Assembly (NCBI GenBank): GCA_943356465.1
Contig: CALREX010000004.1
Location: 112,448-176,447, forward strand
Length of the DNA stretch: 64,000 bases
Direction of reading: 5' to 3'
From: Candidatus Peribacteria bacterium
GTDB taxonomy: Bacteria; Patescibacteriota; Gracilibacteria; UBA1369; LOWO2-01-FULL-3
The translations under genes and the position numbers were made by a program. This document shows positions 49,422-58,875 of the stretch, one piece after another (position 1 is the first letter of the stretch; every line of letters starts with the position of its first letter). The notes beneath the pieces were generated by a model, which worked only from the letters and a program-made list of their open reading frames with translations, was not told the DNA's origin and made no database searches.

Positions 49422-51545
49422 ATGACAGTATCAGATCCAAAAACAGGTCAAGAGTATCTAGCTGAAATAGATTCATCAGGTGATGAAAAAGCTGGAGTTT
49501 TAAGACATATAAATTCACTGGGAAGAAGGGATAAAATTGTCGAAATAGGTCCGGGAGGAGGAGCGGCATTGAAAATAATAATGATGAAAATTGCTGAGTT
49601 GGATGAAGAATCCAGACCATTGGTTTCAATATTAGACATATCATCGGAAGTATTACGAAGAATAGAAGGCTTATTGGCAGATGCTGGAATAGACACAGGA
49701 TATGAAACAAAAGAAGGAGATATTTCAAAACAACTTCCATACGAAGATTCCAGTGTTCAGGCGGTAAATTTATCATCAGTATTACATGAATGTTTTTCAT
49801 ATGGCGGAGGAGAAGAAGGAATGCAGACATTTATCAAAGAATTAAACAGAATACTGACAATAAGCGGAGTAGTGGTATATAGAGATATGAATGGAGTAAA
49901 TCTTAAAAAACCTGCGTCATTTAGACTGAAAACAGAACTAAGCAAAAAGTTTTTAGAAATATTCTTCGCAAAATATTTTGATAAAACACATACAAAATAC
50001 AAGAAACCAAATTATCATTATTTAGATAATTTAAGCGTTGATGATGATTCAGATGGAAGAAAGAATGTAAAATGCGATGCTGGACTTGCGCATGAATTCA
50101 AAAGACATCTTATAATATTCACTACGACATTCTTGCCAGATACGATATATTCATTGGAAACATTGGAAGTCGGGATACAAAGAATCTCATTTGCAAAAGA
50201 GAAAGGAAAGAAAAAATTTATAGCATTTTTACAAGAAAATAAAATTGCATACAAGGATACAGATGATGGAATTGAAGTCTCAGTGCAAGCATTGGAAAAA
50301 TTTAAAGTACACATAGAAAAAGAAATATCAGGCTTATTTTCAGATTGTGAAATAATTCAGGAAGACGAAAAGGATATAGAAATCTTATCTCAATTTTTTA
50401 GGGACAATGATATAACTCATTCACGAAATGACAAACAAATAACCATAGGTTTAAAAGATTTGGTATTAGTATATTCAAAATTTAAACGAGTTATATACGG
50501 AAAAAATATAAAAGTGGCATTAAAAAATAAGAAACAAGAAAAATTATTGGAATGGTTTGAAAGGGAAGGAGAAGAAAGTTATTTTTATGGAGATCAGGCA
50601 GATGTAATAATAAAATTTTTAGAATATTCTATTACGGAAGATGATGAAAGTTCAATGCTTGGGTATACATGTCTTATACCAATTGGGTTAGACGAGATAC
50701 AGATAACACAAAGACAAAGTTACACATCATATATTTTGGGCCAAGTAGAGGATATTGAAGGATCATATCAAGACGGAAAGAACACAATAACTTTTGTAAA
50801 AAGACCAATAGAATACGTAATCCCAACATTATTAACACTTTACAAAAAAACAGGAGACATAAGAATACTTACATTACTTAAAAAAATAATACATATGATA
50901 GAAGCAACATTGCCATCGCCCAGCGATGAACAAGCATTCACAGCAAAACAAACAGGTGTAGACGGACAAGATATAAAATCAGAAGAAGAAATATATGGTT
51001 TAATAGGAGGTATAGCCTCGGGTAAATCCACAGCGGCAGATTTTTTCAAAGAATTAGGTTTCGAAGTAATGGAGTTATCCGCATTTATAAGAGATAAAAT
51101 CCAGGCGGCAGGTATCGAATTTCCTACAAGAGATCACTATTTTGATATGGGCAACGCAATGAGAAGAGAAGGTGGGAATGATGTATTGTCTGGACTATGT
51201 ATTGAGCAAATAGAACAAAAAGGAGCGAAAAAAGTCGTAATTTCCGGGATAAGAACACCGGAAGACATCCTAAGATTTAAACAAAGATTCCCTTCATTTA
51301 AAGCAGTTGCAGTCGATACACCACTTGATGTCAGAATAAAAAGGATTAAAGACAGAATGAGAGATATAGATCCAACAGATAGAGACAAAATGATTGCAGA
51401 TATAAACAGGGAGTGGGATGACGTAGTGGACGAAGGATGCAAATTGAGGGATACCATTGCAACAGCAGACATAAGAGTAGATGGATCACAAAGTATAGAG
51501 GCAATGAGGAAACAATGTATTGCATTGGTAAGCCAAAACGGATAG
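49422..51545 (+). CDS. Class I SAM-dependent methyltransferase fused to a C-terminal P-loop NMP/dephospho-CoA-kinase-like domain
   Basis: KIVEIGPGGG, LDIS, VNLSSVLHE (MTase). IYGLIGGIASGKST, GNAMRREGG, VISGIRTPED, DTPLDVRIKRI (kinase). Confidence 0.78.
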   Translation: MTVSDPKTGQEYLAEIDSSGDEKAGVLRHINSLGRRDKIVEIGPGGGAALKIIMMKIAELDEESRPLVSILDISSEVLRRIEGLLADAGIDTGYETKEGDISKQLPYEDSSVQAVNLSSVLHECFSYGGGEEGMQTFIKELNRILTISGVVVYRDMNGVNLKKPASFRLKTELSKKFLEIFFAKYFDKTHTKYKKPNYHYLDNLSVDDDSDGRKNVKCDAGLAHEFKRHLIIFTTTFLPDTIYSLETLEVGIQRISFAKEKGKKKFIAFLQENKIAYKDTDDGIEVSVQALEKFKVHIEKEISGLFSDCEIIQEDEKDIEILSQFFRDNDITHSRNDKQITIGLKDLVLVYSKFKRVIYGKNIKVALKNKKQEKLLEWFEREGEESYFYGDQADVIIKFLEYSITEDDESSMLGYTCLIPIGLDEIQITQRQSYTSYILGQVEDIEGSYQDGKNTITFVKRPIEYVIPTLLTLYKKTGDIRILTLLKKIIHMIEATLPSPSDEQAFTAKQTGVDGQDIKSEEEIYGLIGGIASGKSTAADFFKELGFEVMELSAFIRDKIQAAGIEFPTRDHYFDMGNAMRREGGNDVLSGLCIEQIEQKGAKKVVISGIRTPEDILRFKQRFPSFKAVAVDTPLDVRIKRIKDRMRDIDPTDRDKMIADINREWDDVVDEGCKLRDTIATADIRVDGSQSIEAMRKQCIALVSQNG

Positions 51546-51570
51546 AATCAAAACTTAAAAACCCATAATA

Positions 51571-52086
51571 ATGGCAAAATATTTTTCACAAGAAGGATTA
51601 ACTTACCATCAAGAAAAATTAACTGGACTACAAAAACAAGCTCAAACAACAGGACAACAGATTGGTGAGGAAGCGGGGATGAATTGTGATTGGCATGACA
51701 ACTTTGGATTCGAAGAGGCTCGAAGACAATTTGAATTAGATTCACAAAGGGTTACAGAATTATCAAGAACCATTGCTGAAGGACAAATAATTGAAACAAT
51801 TGAGCAAAACATACGTACATCCATAGGTAATACGATAAAAATCTTGGAAGACGATACAGTTGAAAGGGAAGTAACGATCGGAGCATGGGGTGAAAGTGAT
51901 CCACAAAATGGATTGGTGTCATACGAATCTCCACTTGGAAAAGCATTAATTGGTGCTGAAGTAGGGGATATAAAAACTATGAATATAGGCGGAAAAACAA
52001 GGATAATAGAAATACTAGAGATATTTCCACCATCATACAAATATAAAGGATTAATAAAGATATTGTTTAAAAAAACTAATTCTTAA
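51571..52086 (+). CDS. GreA/GreB-family transcription elongation factor with an atypical tip (DWHDN)
   Basis: N-terminal coiled coil and C-terminal SIGNTIKI…ESDPQNGLVSYESPLGKALIGAEVGD. Confidence 0.88.
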   Translation: MAKYFSQEGLTYHQEKLTGLQKQAQTTGQQIGEEAGMNCDWHDNFGFEEARRQFELDSQRVTELSRTIAEGQIIETIEQNIRTSIGNTIKILEDDTVEREVTIGAWGESDPQNGLVSYESPLGKALIGAEVGDIKTMNIGGKTRIIEILEIFPPSYKYKGLIKILFKKTNS

Positions 52087-52096
52087 AACAATATCC

Positions 52097-53137
52097 TCAA
52101 TAAATCTCAAACGATGTAGTAGGCACGATATTTGTACAAGCCTTATATTTGGCAGGATTTAGTTTATATAAAAAATATCCAGCTGACGCAATCATGGCTG
52201 CATTATCTGTGCAATAAGAAATAGACCTGGGAAATCTAAATTTTACATCAATTGGAAGCGCATTAGTAAGTGCATTTCGAATTCTTGTATTCGCAGAAAC
52301 TCCACCGGCAAGCATAACTTCTTTTACTTTAGGATTTTGTTTTAGGGCTTCAAGCACTTTATATACAAAAACATCTGTTACAGCTTCCTGAAAAGAGGCA
52401 GACATATCAGCCTTAAATTGTTCATCAATATTTGTATGTTTTTGAACTTCTCTCAAAACAGCAGTCTTAAGTCCTGAAAAACTAAAATTTAAACTATCTT
52501 TTTCCAAGAACGATCGCGGAAGTTTAAAACGTTTCGTGTTCCCATTTACAGCCATTTTCGAAATAGCAGGTCCACCAGGATAACCAAGACCAAGAATCCT
52601 GGCAACTTTATCAAAAGCTTCTCCGGCAGCATCATCCAAAGTTTCTCCGAGAACTTTAAATTTATTATGTCCTCGCATTAAAATCATATCATTATGCCCG
52701 CCGGAAACAGTCAAAACAAGAGCAGGAAAAGCAATATCATCTGAGATTTTAGACTCATTTTCATCAAGCCCATAAAGCCAATTCGAATAAATATGTCCAA
52801 CAATATGTTGCACAGGAATAAGAATTTTATTTTTTACAAAAGAAATAACACTCGCAGTCTGAGTCCCTATAATTAAAGAGCTTACAAGCCCGGGCCCATG
52901 AGTAATGGCTATAGCATCAATATCATCCCAATCACATTTTGCCTTTTTTAAAGCTTCATCAAGAACAGGAACCATTTTTAGAACATGCTCTCGTGCCGCA
53001 ACTTCAGGCACGACTCCTCCTGTCAAAGCATGCAAAGGAATTTGTGAATAAATAACATTTCCAAAAACTTTTCGCCCATCTTCAACTATAGCAACTGATG
53101 TTTCATCGCACGATGTTTCTATGCCAAGTATTTTCAT
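52097..53137 (-). CDS. tsaD: tRNA N6-threonylcarbamoyltransferase TsaD
   Basis: ILGIETSCDET, GGVVPEVAAREH, HIVGH, VSGGH, DDAAGEAFDK, GGVSAN, CTDNAAMI. Confidence 0.98.
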   Translation of the reverse strand: MKILGIETSCDETSVAIVEDGRKVFGNVIYSQIPLHALTGGVVPEVAAREHVLKMVPVLDEALKKAKCDWDDIDAIAITHGPGLVSSLIIGTQTASVISFVKNKILIPVQHIVGHIYSNWLYGLDENESKISDDIAFPALVLTVSGGHNDMILMRGHNKFKVLGETLDDAAGEAFDKVARILGLGYPGGPAISKMAVNGNTKRFKLPRSFLEKDSLNFSFSGLKTAVLREVQKHTNIDEQFKADMSASFQEAVTDVFVYKVLEALKQNPKVKEVMLAGGVSANTRIRNALTNALPIDVKFRFPRSISYCTDNAAMIASAGYFLYKLNPAKYKACTNIVPTTSFEIY

Positions 53138-53937
53138 GTAAGTATTCTATCGTATATTGCACTTATAGCAACTCTAGGTAAAGCTTGCACAGCATCAGGA
53201 TGAAAATGTTTGCCACTGCCATTTTGAATTGCCTGAAAAGCTTGATCCAGAGTTTTTATTGTCCTTCCAGGCCTTGGACGAACCATAGCGTCAATCGCAT
53301 CAGCAACACTCAATGCAGCAATCTCGATAGACATAGGTGCTCCATTTTGAATAGGATACCCGGTTCCATCACATCTAAAATGATGATTCAAAACTAAATC
53401 TGTAATATTTTTAGGAAATCTAAAATATTCAGCAACACGTGCACCAATAAGAGGATGCAACTTAATTCTTGGCTTTTGGTCAGGAGGCGGCACTCCATCA
53501 AATGCAACAATTCGATGCATCTCAGGATCTAATTTCCCAATATCATGAAGACGTCCACCAAGCATTACATTATTTTTTACATGAGTATCAAGTCCCATTG
53601 CTGAAGCAATATGGAACCCAATAATTCCTACTCTTTCCAAATGTCCACCTAAATCTAAATCAGAACATATTTCACCTGCGGCCGAAGTGATAGATCTAGG
53701 TAAATCAGTATTGATTTTATTCCGTGAATGCGGTGGAAAATCAACGCCACTTTGCTTCAGCATATCACTAACCCTCGATCTCACTCCATAAGAAACACAA
53801 TCAATCAATGCCGGATCTCGTTTCACAATATCGGCAACAACAGAAATAGCCCTTTCAGAAAGTTCTTGATCATTTATAGCAACATCCTCACCTGCGACAT
53901 GGATTTGATCTGAATGCCTTAACATAATAAATTTCAT
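53134..53937 (-). CDS. HD-GYP domain protein (cyclic-dinucleotide phosphodiesterase-like)
   Basis: HLERV, LHDIGK, HPLIGA, HHFRCDGTGYP, ADAIDAM…RP, GKHFHP. Confidence 0.85.
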   Translation of the reverse strand: MKFIMLRHSDQIHVAGEDVAINDQELSERAISVVADIVKRDPALIDCVSYGVRSRVSDMLKQSGVDFPPHSRNKINTDLPRSITSAAGEICSDLDLGGHLERVGIIGFHIASAMGLDTHVKNNVMLGGRLHDIGKLDPEMHRIVAFDGVPPPDQKPRIKLHPLIGARVAEYFRFPKNITDLVLNHHFRCDGTGYPIQNGAPMSIEIAALSVADAIDAMVRPRPGRTIKTLDQAFQAIQNGSGKHFHPDAVQALPRVAISAIYDRILT

Positions 53938-54000
53938 TACTGGATGTAAAGTCTACAATAAACCTCGAAAAATACAAGAAAATAAGGTATAATTATACAG

Positions 54001-55341
54001 ATGAAAGCCACCTCAATAGAAATAATAGAAATACTAAAAAAAGCCGGTTATGAGGCTTATTGGGCGGGCGGATGTGTTCGCGATATGTTGCTTGGGATAG
54101 AACCAAAGGATTTTGATATTGTTACTTCTGCAAAACCCGAAGAAATAGAAGATTTGCTTGAACATACGATACCAGTTGGTAAAAAATTCGGAGTTATTTT
54201 AGCAATACAAAATAGTCATCATTTTGAAATTGCAACATTCAGATCGGACAGTGGATATAGCGACGGACGTCGTCCAGATGCAGTAATTTTCACAAATGCA
54301 AAAGAAGATGCACTTCGTCGCGACTTCACTATCAATGCACTTTTTTATGATCCTACTCAGGATAAAATTTATGATTATATAAACGGACAGGAAGATTTGG
54401 AAAAAGGATTAATAAAATTTATAGGTAATCCGGAACAAAGAATTCTGGAAGATAACCTTAGAATTCTGCGAGCTGTACGTTTTAGAAATGCATTAAATAT
54501 GCAGTATCACCCGGACACTTATCAGGCAATAAAAAAACACGTGCATCTGATAAAAAATATTTCAACTGAAAGAATCAGAGATGAATTAAACAAGATGATA
54601 ATGGGAAAAAACGCAGGTCGTGCCTTTGAAGAACTTTTTGAAATAGGAGCTTTGGAGATTCTAATCCCGGAACTTTGCAAACTAAAAGGGCTTGCTCAGC
54701 CTCCACAATATCACTTGGAAGGCGATGTTTGGGATCATTCCATAAAAGCATTGGATTCTTTGACACAGGAGGAAATAGATCCAAATCCACTTCCGGAAAA
54801 TCCTCCAACAATAGCACTAAAATGGGCGGCATTTTTACACGACATCGGGAAATACGACACATTTGCAATAAAAGATGACAGAATAAAATATGAAGGACAT
54901 CAGGAAATGAGTGCAAAACTTGTGAAAAAAATTCTAACAAGACTTAAATTCCCAATCAAAACAGTAAATAGAGTTCAGTGGCTTGTCCTTCACCACATGA
55001 TGGTGGTTCCTATTTTGGAAATGCCCGATTCAAGACGTCGGCATTGGTTTTTACTTCCGGAATTTGAAGATTTACTGGAAGTATTTCGCGCAGACTGCAT
55101 GGGGATAATTCCACTTGATCTAAAGGAATATGAACAAATCAAAAAACTTTATAAACACGAAATTGCACATTTAAAACTTCTTCCCAAAAAACTTATCACA
55201 GGCGAAGATATAATGAAAAATTTAAAAATTAAATCTGGCGAGAGAGTTGGAGAAATACTAAGCGATATAAGAGAAAAACAACTCGAAGGAAAAATAAAGA
55301 CAAAACAAGACGCACTTGATTATCTGAAAAATCTTCAATAA
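54001..55341 (+). CDS. cca: CCA tRNA nucleotidyltransferase / poly(A) polymerase family, with HD domain
   Basis: AGGCVRD, KDFDIVT, EIATFR, DALRRDFTINA, EDNLRILRAVRF, ERIRDE, LHDIGK. Confidence 0.92.
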   Translation: MKATSIEIIEILKKAGYEAYWAGGCVRDMLLGIEPKDFDIVTSAKPEEIEDLLEHTIPVGKKFGVILAIQNSHHFEIATFRSDSGYSDGRRPDAVIFTNAKEDALRRDFTINALFYDPTQDKIYDYINGQEDLEKGLIKFIGNPEQRILEDNLRILRAVRFRNALNMQYHPDTYQAIKKHVHLIKNISTERIRDELNKMIMGKNAGRAFEELFEIGALEILIPELCKLKGLAQPPQYHLEGDVWDHSIKALDSLTQEEIDPNPLPENPPTIALKWAAFLHDIGKYDTFAIKDDRIKYEGHQEMSAKLVKKILTRLKFPIKTVNRVQWLVLHHMMVVPILEMPDSRRRHWFLLPEFEDLLEVFRADCMGIIPLDLKEYEQIKKLYKHEIAHLKLLPKKLITGEDIMKNLKIKSGERVGEILSDIREKQLEGKIKTKQDALDYLKNLQ

Positions 55342-55343
55342 AT

Positions 55344-56531
55344 TTATATCAATTTTTTAGACTTCAAAATCTTTAGATATTCTGCTTTCATATAAACTGC
55401 AGTTCCAATACCAATAAGCCCAGCACCTGCATCAAAAAGCCATCCGGCGAAAGGTATAATGCCAACAATATAATAAAATAAAAGTCCTAGAGCAGACCAC
55501 AAAAATAGAGTGAATTCATTTATTTTTTTATTTTCTGCAAATTTTCCAATGTATCCCCCAAGCCAAACTGCAGCAAAAATCTTGCCAAAATAAAGTAAAA
55601 TCAAACCTGCAACAAAAGCAATCATTCCAAGTGGAATACCAACCATTGTAAATACAAGAATAATTCCTCCAATAAAACACGAAATAAGGGCAATAACTCC
55701 TATCCCCATAGATTTAAAAATATTTTGCTTCGCAAATTCAGCCGCTTTAACAAGATAGTTTTTAAAGAAAGCACACAGCAAAGCCAAAATAACCAAGGCG
55801 GATATATAACTGAAAATTTTATCCATTACAATGTCACGAGTTTTTTCTCCAAAATTTTCTTTGTTTTCAGATTTATTAAATTTTATTTTTCCTGCAACAA
55901 TATTATTTGGAATCTTAGATTCAACTAATGAAGAATAACTAAAATTACCTGCGACTTTTGCAGTATATGAAACAGCAATATTATCTTGTACGACAATATC
56001 TACATCACGATCAATTTTACCGTTTAACATCAAAGTCCCGATAACCCCACGAAGATCCTCTTTGATTTCTCCATCAACAGTTACAAGTCCAGCAGTGCTT
56101 ATAAGACTTCCTCCAACAACTGAATTTTTGCCAACATCAATTTGTCCTCCAAGAGCAACTAAATCATCACCAACATTGCCAAAAATACTTACCTGTCCGC
56201 CAAGAACACGCACATCACCTCCTACATTTCCAACAACATTTACTTTACCACCTGCGACAACAAGATCCTCCTGAATATTTCCTGTAATCACAACATTGCC
56301 GCCGGCAATATATAAATCACCGAAAATATCTCCTTTTATGTCAGCACTTCCGGCAACAAAATAAGCATCATCTAAAATATTTTCATTTACGAGCAGGTTT
56401 TCTCCTGCACTTAAAACCGCAGCACTTACAGGCAAACTTAACAAAGATGAAAAGATAAAAAAACTAAGAAAGGAAAAAATAATTTTAGAAAAATTTTTCA
56501 TAAGTAAAAGATTAAATTCTTCATAAATCAT
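55344..56531 (-). CDS. Membrane protein with a bactofilin-like (polymer-forming) beta-helical ectodomain and a C-terminal TM bundle
   Basis: Repeats of AGGxVxIxGxVxxD followed by ~5 TM helices. Start more likely at MKNFSK. Confidence 0.8.
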   Translation of the reverse strand: MIYEEFNLLLMKNFSKIIFSFLSFFIFSSLLSLPVSAAVLSAGENLLVNENILDDAYFVAGSADIKGDIFGDLYIAGGNVVITGNIQEDLVVAGGKVNVVGNVGGDVRVLGGQVSIFGNVGDDLVALGGQIDVGKNSVVGGSLISTAGLVTVDGEIKEDLRGVIGTLMLNGKIDRDVDIVVQDNIAVSYTAKVAGNFSYSSLVESKIPNNIVAGKIKFNKSENKENFGEKTRDIVMDKIFSYISALVILALLCAFFKNYLVKAAEFAKQNIFKSMGIGVIALISCFIGGIILVFTMVGIPLGMIAFVAGLILLYFGKIFAAVWLGGYIGKFAENKKINEFTLFLWSALGLLFYYIVGIIPFAGWLFDAGAGLIGIGTAVYMKAEYLKILKSKKLI

Positions 56532-56580
56532 ATTTGAAAATAGTATCTATAGCCAAAGAAAAGAATTGACACGATAGGCT

Positions 56581-57975
56581 TTACCGCTCTAATAAAGCCA
56601 CACATTCGATATGATAAGTATGAGGGAACATATCTACAGGTTGAACTTCTTTGATCTTATATCCATATTCAATTAACCATGCACAGTCTCGAGCGAGTGT
56701 TGAAGGATTACATGAAACATAGATCAATTGATTTGGGGAGAAATCATTTATAAGCTTTGCGGTTTTTTGAGTAATACCAATTCTTGGTGGATCGATAACT
56801 ATAAGAGAAGGAGGTTCTTTAATATCTTTCAAAAGGCTATCAACATCACCGGTAAAAAAATCTATATTAAAAATTTTATTTTTCAAAGCATTTTCTCTTG
56901 CGACTTTTACAGCATCTTCAACAAGTTCAATTCCATAAACTTGATTCGCATATTTTGAAAGAAAAAGCCCTATTGTGCCTGTCCCGCAGAACAAATCAAA
57001 TATCGTCTTTTGCGGCTTATTTACAGCCATTCTGACAACTTGATTATACAGAACTTCAGCTTGAAAAGTATTAACTTGAAAAAATGCCTGCGGCAAAATT
57101 TCAAAAACCATTTCATTTCCATTTTCAAGAATCATTTTTTCGGTAAGAGATTTTTTCCCGTAAAGTAAAAATTCTTTGGAAGTTTTTGGCACACCTTTTT
57201 TCGCAATAACCATTGTCCAATAAACAGATGTGATTTTTTTCTCCTCATCTTTGAAATCTTCAGAAGACAAAACATCTGCATAATTTTGCATGATTTTTTC
57301 TGCATTTTTTGGTAAATCATCAGAGGTTACAAGATTGATCATAACCTCATTAGTGCGCTTTCCTTCACGAATATATAAGGCTTTCAAAAAACCTGATCCA
57401 TCGGTGTATTTGAAAGGTTCAAATCCTGTTTCAACAAAAAAATCACGTGTTTTATTTACAATCCTCGCTGAAAATTCAGATTCGAGATGGCACTCATGCA
57501 AATCCAAAATATCAAATCTTCTGTTTGGTAAGTGCATACCAAGCGCAAATTTCATTTCACCATCATATCCAAAAGAAAACTCCATCTTATTGCGATAATA
57601 ATAGATATTTTCACTTCCTATAATTTTAGAAATATTTACATTTTTGATTTTTCCAATTCGCTCAAAAGCGTCTTTGACCTGTTGCTCTTTGAGTTTTAGC
57701 TGGTTTTCATATGGCATAGATTGAAGCTGACATCCGCCACAAGTTCCAAAATATTTACATTTTGCTTCACATCTGTCTTTTGATGGCGAAATCATTTCTA
57801 CAAATTGTGCCTCAAGAAAATTTGATTTTATTTTTGTCAAACTCGCACGCACTTTATCTCCAGGCATTGTATTGTCGACGAAACAAGTAATGCCATTATA
57901 TTTTCCAATTCCTTTTCCTCCAAAAGCTATAGAAGAAATTTCAACCTCAATAATTTGTCCTTTTGTAAGTTGCAT
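56581..57975 (-). CDS. rlmD: 23S rRNA (uracil-C5)-methyltransferase RlmD
   Basis: TRAM domain, CKYFGTCGGC, YRNKMEF, FFQVN, DLFCGTGTIG, IDPPR, YVSCNP, VDMFPHT. Confidence 0.95.
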   Translation of the reverse strand: MQLTKGQIIEVEISSIAFGGKGIGKYNGITCFVDNTMPGDKVRASLTKIKSNFLEAQFVEMISPSKDRCEAKCKYFGTCGGCQLQSMPYENQLKLKEQQVKDAFERIGKIKNVNISKIIGSENIYYYRNKMEFSFGYDGEMKFALGMHLPNRRFDILDLHECHLESEFSARIVNKTRDFFVETGFEPFKYTDGSGFLKALYIREGKRTNEVMINLVTSDDLPKNAEKIMQNYADVLSSEDFKDEEKKITSVYWTMVIAKKGVPKTSKEFLLYGKKSLTEKMILENGNEMVFEILPQAFFQVNTFQAEVLYNQVVRMAVNKPQKTIFDLFCGTGTIGLFLSKYANQVYGIELVEDAVKVARENALKNKIFNIDFFTGDVDSLLKDIKEPPSLIVIDPPRIGITQKTAKLINDFSPNQLIYVSCNPSTLARDCAWLIEYGYKIKEVQPVDMFPHTYHIECVALLER

Positions 57976-57993
57976 AGCCAGGATTCTATCACA

Positions 57994-58812
57994 CTATGCC
58001 CTTGGCGCAAATTCTGGTGTTTCAAATTTTATTACAGATTGAGCACGAGTTTGTCCTTTTTGGTCATACTCAAGCTCAGGAAATATTTCCCAGAAGAATT
58101 TTACTGCAGCATCTTTTTCTCCAGTAGGAAGTGTTTCTACATGCATTTTATTATACATTTCATAAATTTTTCCATATTCACATTTGTAGTAAAGATTGTA
58201 AACTTCTTTTGCAATAGCATCGGAATTTCCTCCTTTCGACATTCTGCTCAAAAAGTCAGAAAACTCAGCCAAAGCTTTATCATATTTTTCTGTAGCTTTA
58301 GGCCCATCCGGTCCATCTTCAACAACACCAATAGCTCTCAAATAAACTTCTACAAGGCCCTCATTTGGAACAGTATTTTTTCTGTGAGCAGTTTCATGTG
58401 CAATAACATGAGCAAGCCTATGTGCAGGATGAAGAAGCATGATGGGATCGATTTTAGTACCTTCAGCACTGGCTTCGCCGACTTTATTTCCTGGTAAAGA
58501 TTGAAAAAACACATCATTTGGATCCGGTTTTACACAAGCAGGAAGTAATTTTAAAGCTTCCTGTAGGTTTTTTAAAGCAGCATCAGGATTAGGGATTTCA
58601 ACATCTGAAATTGTAACTGATTTAGATCTATCACTATCGTCAAAAGCTTTATCAAGTATAGCAAACACATTTTTAAAGCCTAATGATTCAGGAACTTTAG
58701 TTTCATCAGCACTCTTAGGTACTCTACCAAGAGGACGCATTTGCTCTCCATCCGGTAGGGTATCATTGAAATCGTTCGAAGCTTTCCCTGTATTTGGCCT
58801 TAGATCTGCCAT
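57994..58812 (-). CDS. Putative zinc metallopeptidase (HExxH…NEG)
   Basis: HVIAHETAHRKNTVPNEGLVE. No signal peptide seen. Confidence 0.55.
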   Translation of the reverse strand: MADLRPNTGKASNDFNDTLPDGEQMRPLGRVPKSADETKVPESLGFKNVFAILDKAFDDSDRSKSVTISDVEIPNPDAALKNLQEALKLLPACVKPDPNDVFFQSLPGNKVGEASAEGTKIDPIMLLHPAHRLAHVIAHETAHRKNTVPNEGLVEVYLRAIGVVEDGPDGPKATEKYDKALAEFSDFLSRMSKGGNSDAIAKEVYNLYYKCEYGKIYEMYNKMHVETLPTGEKDAAVKFFWEIFPELEYDQKGQTRAQSVIKFETPEFAPRA

Positions 58813-58875
58813 AGAAATTAAAACATATTATTATCATACAATTATACCAAAAAACGGGCTTAAACTCAATCAATA

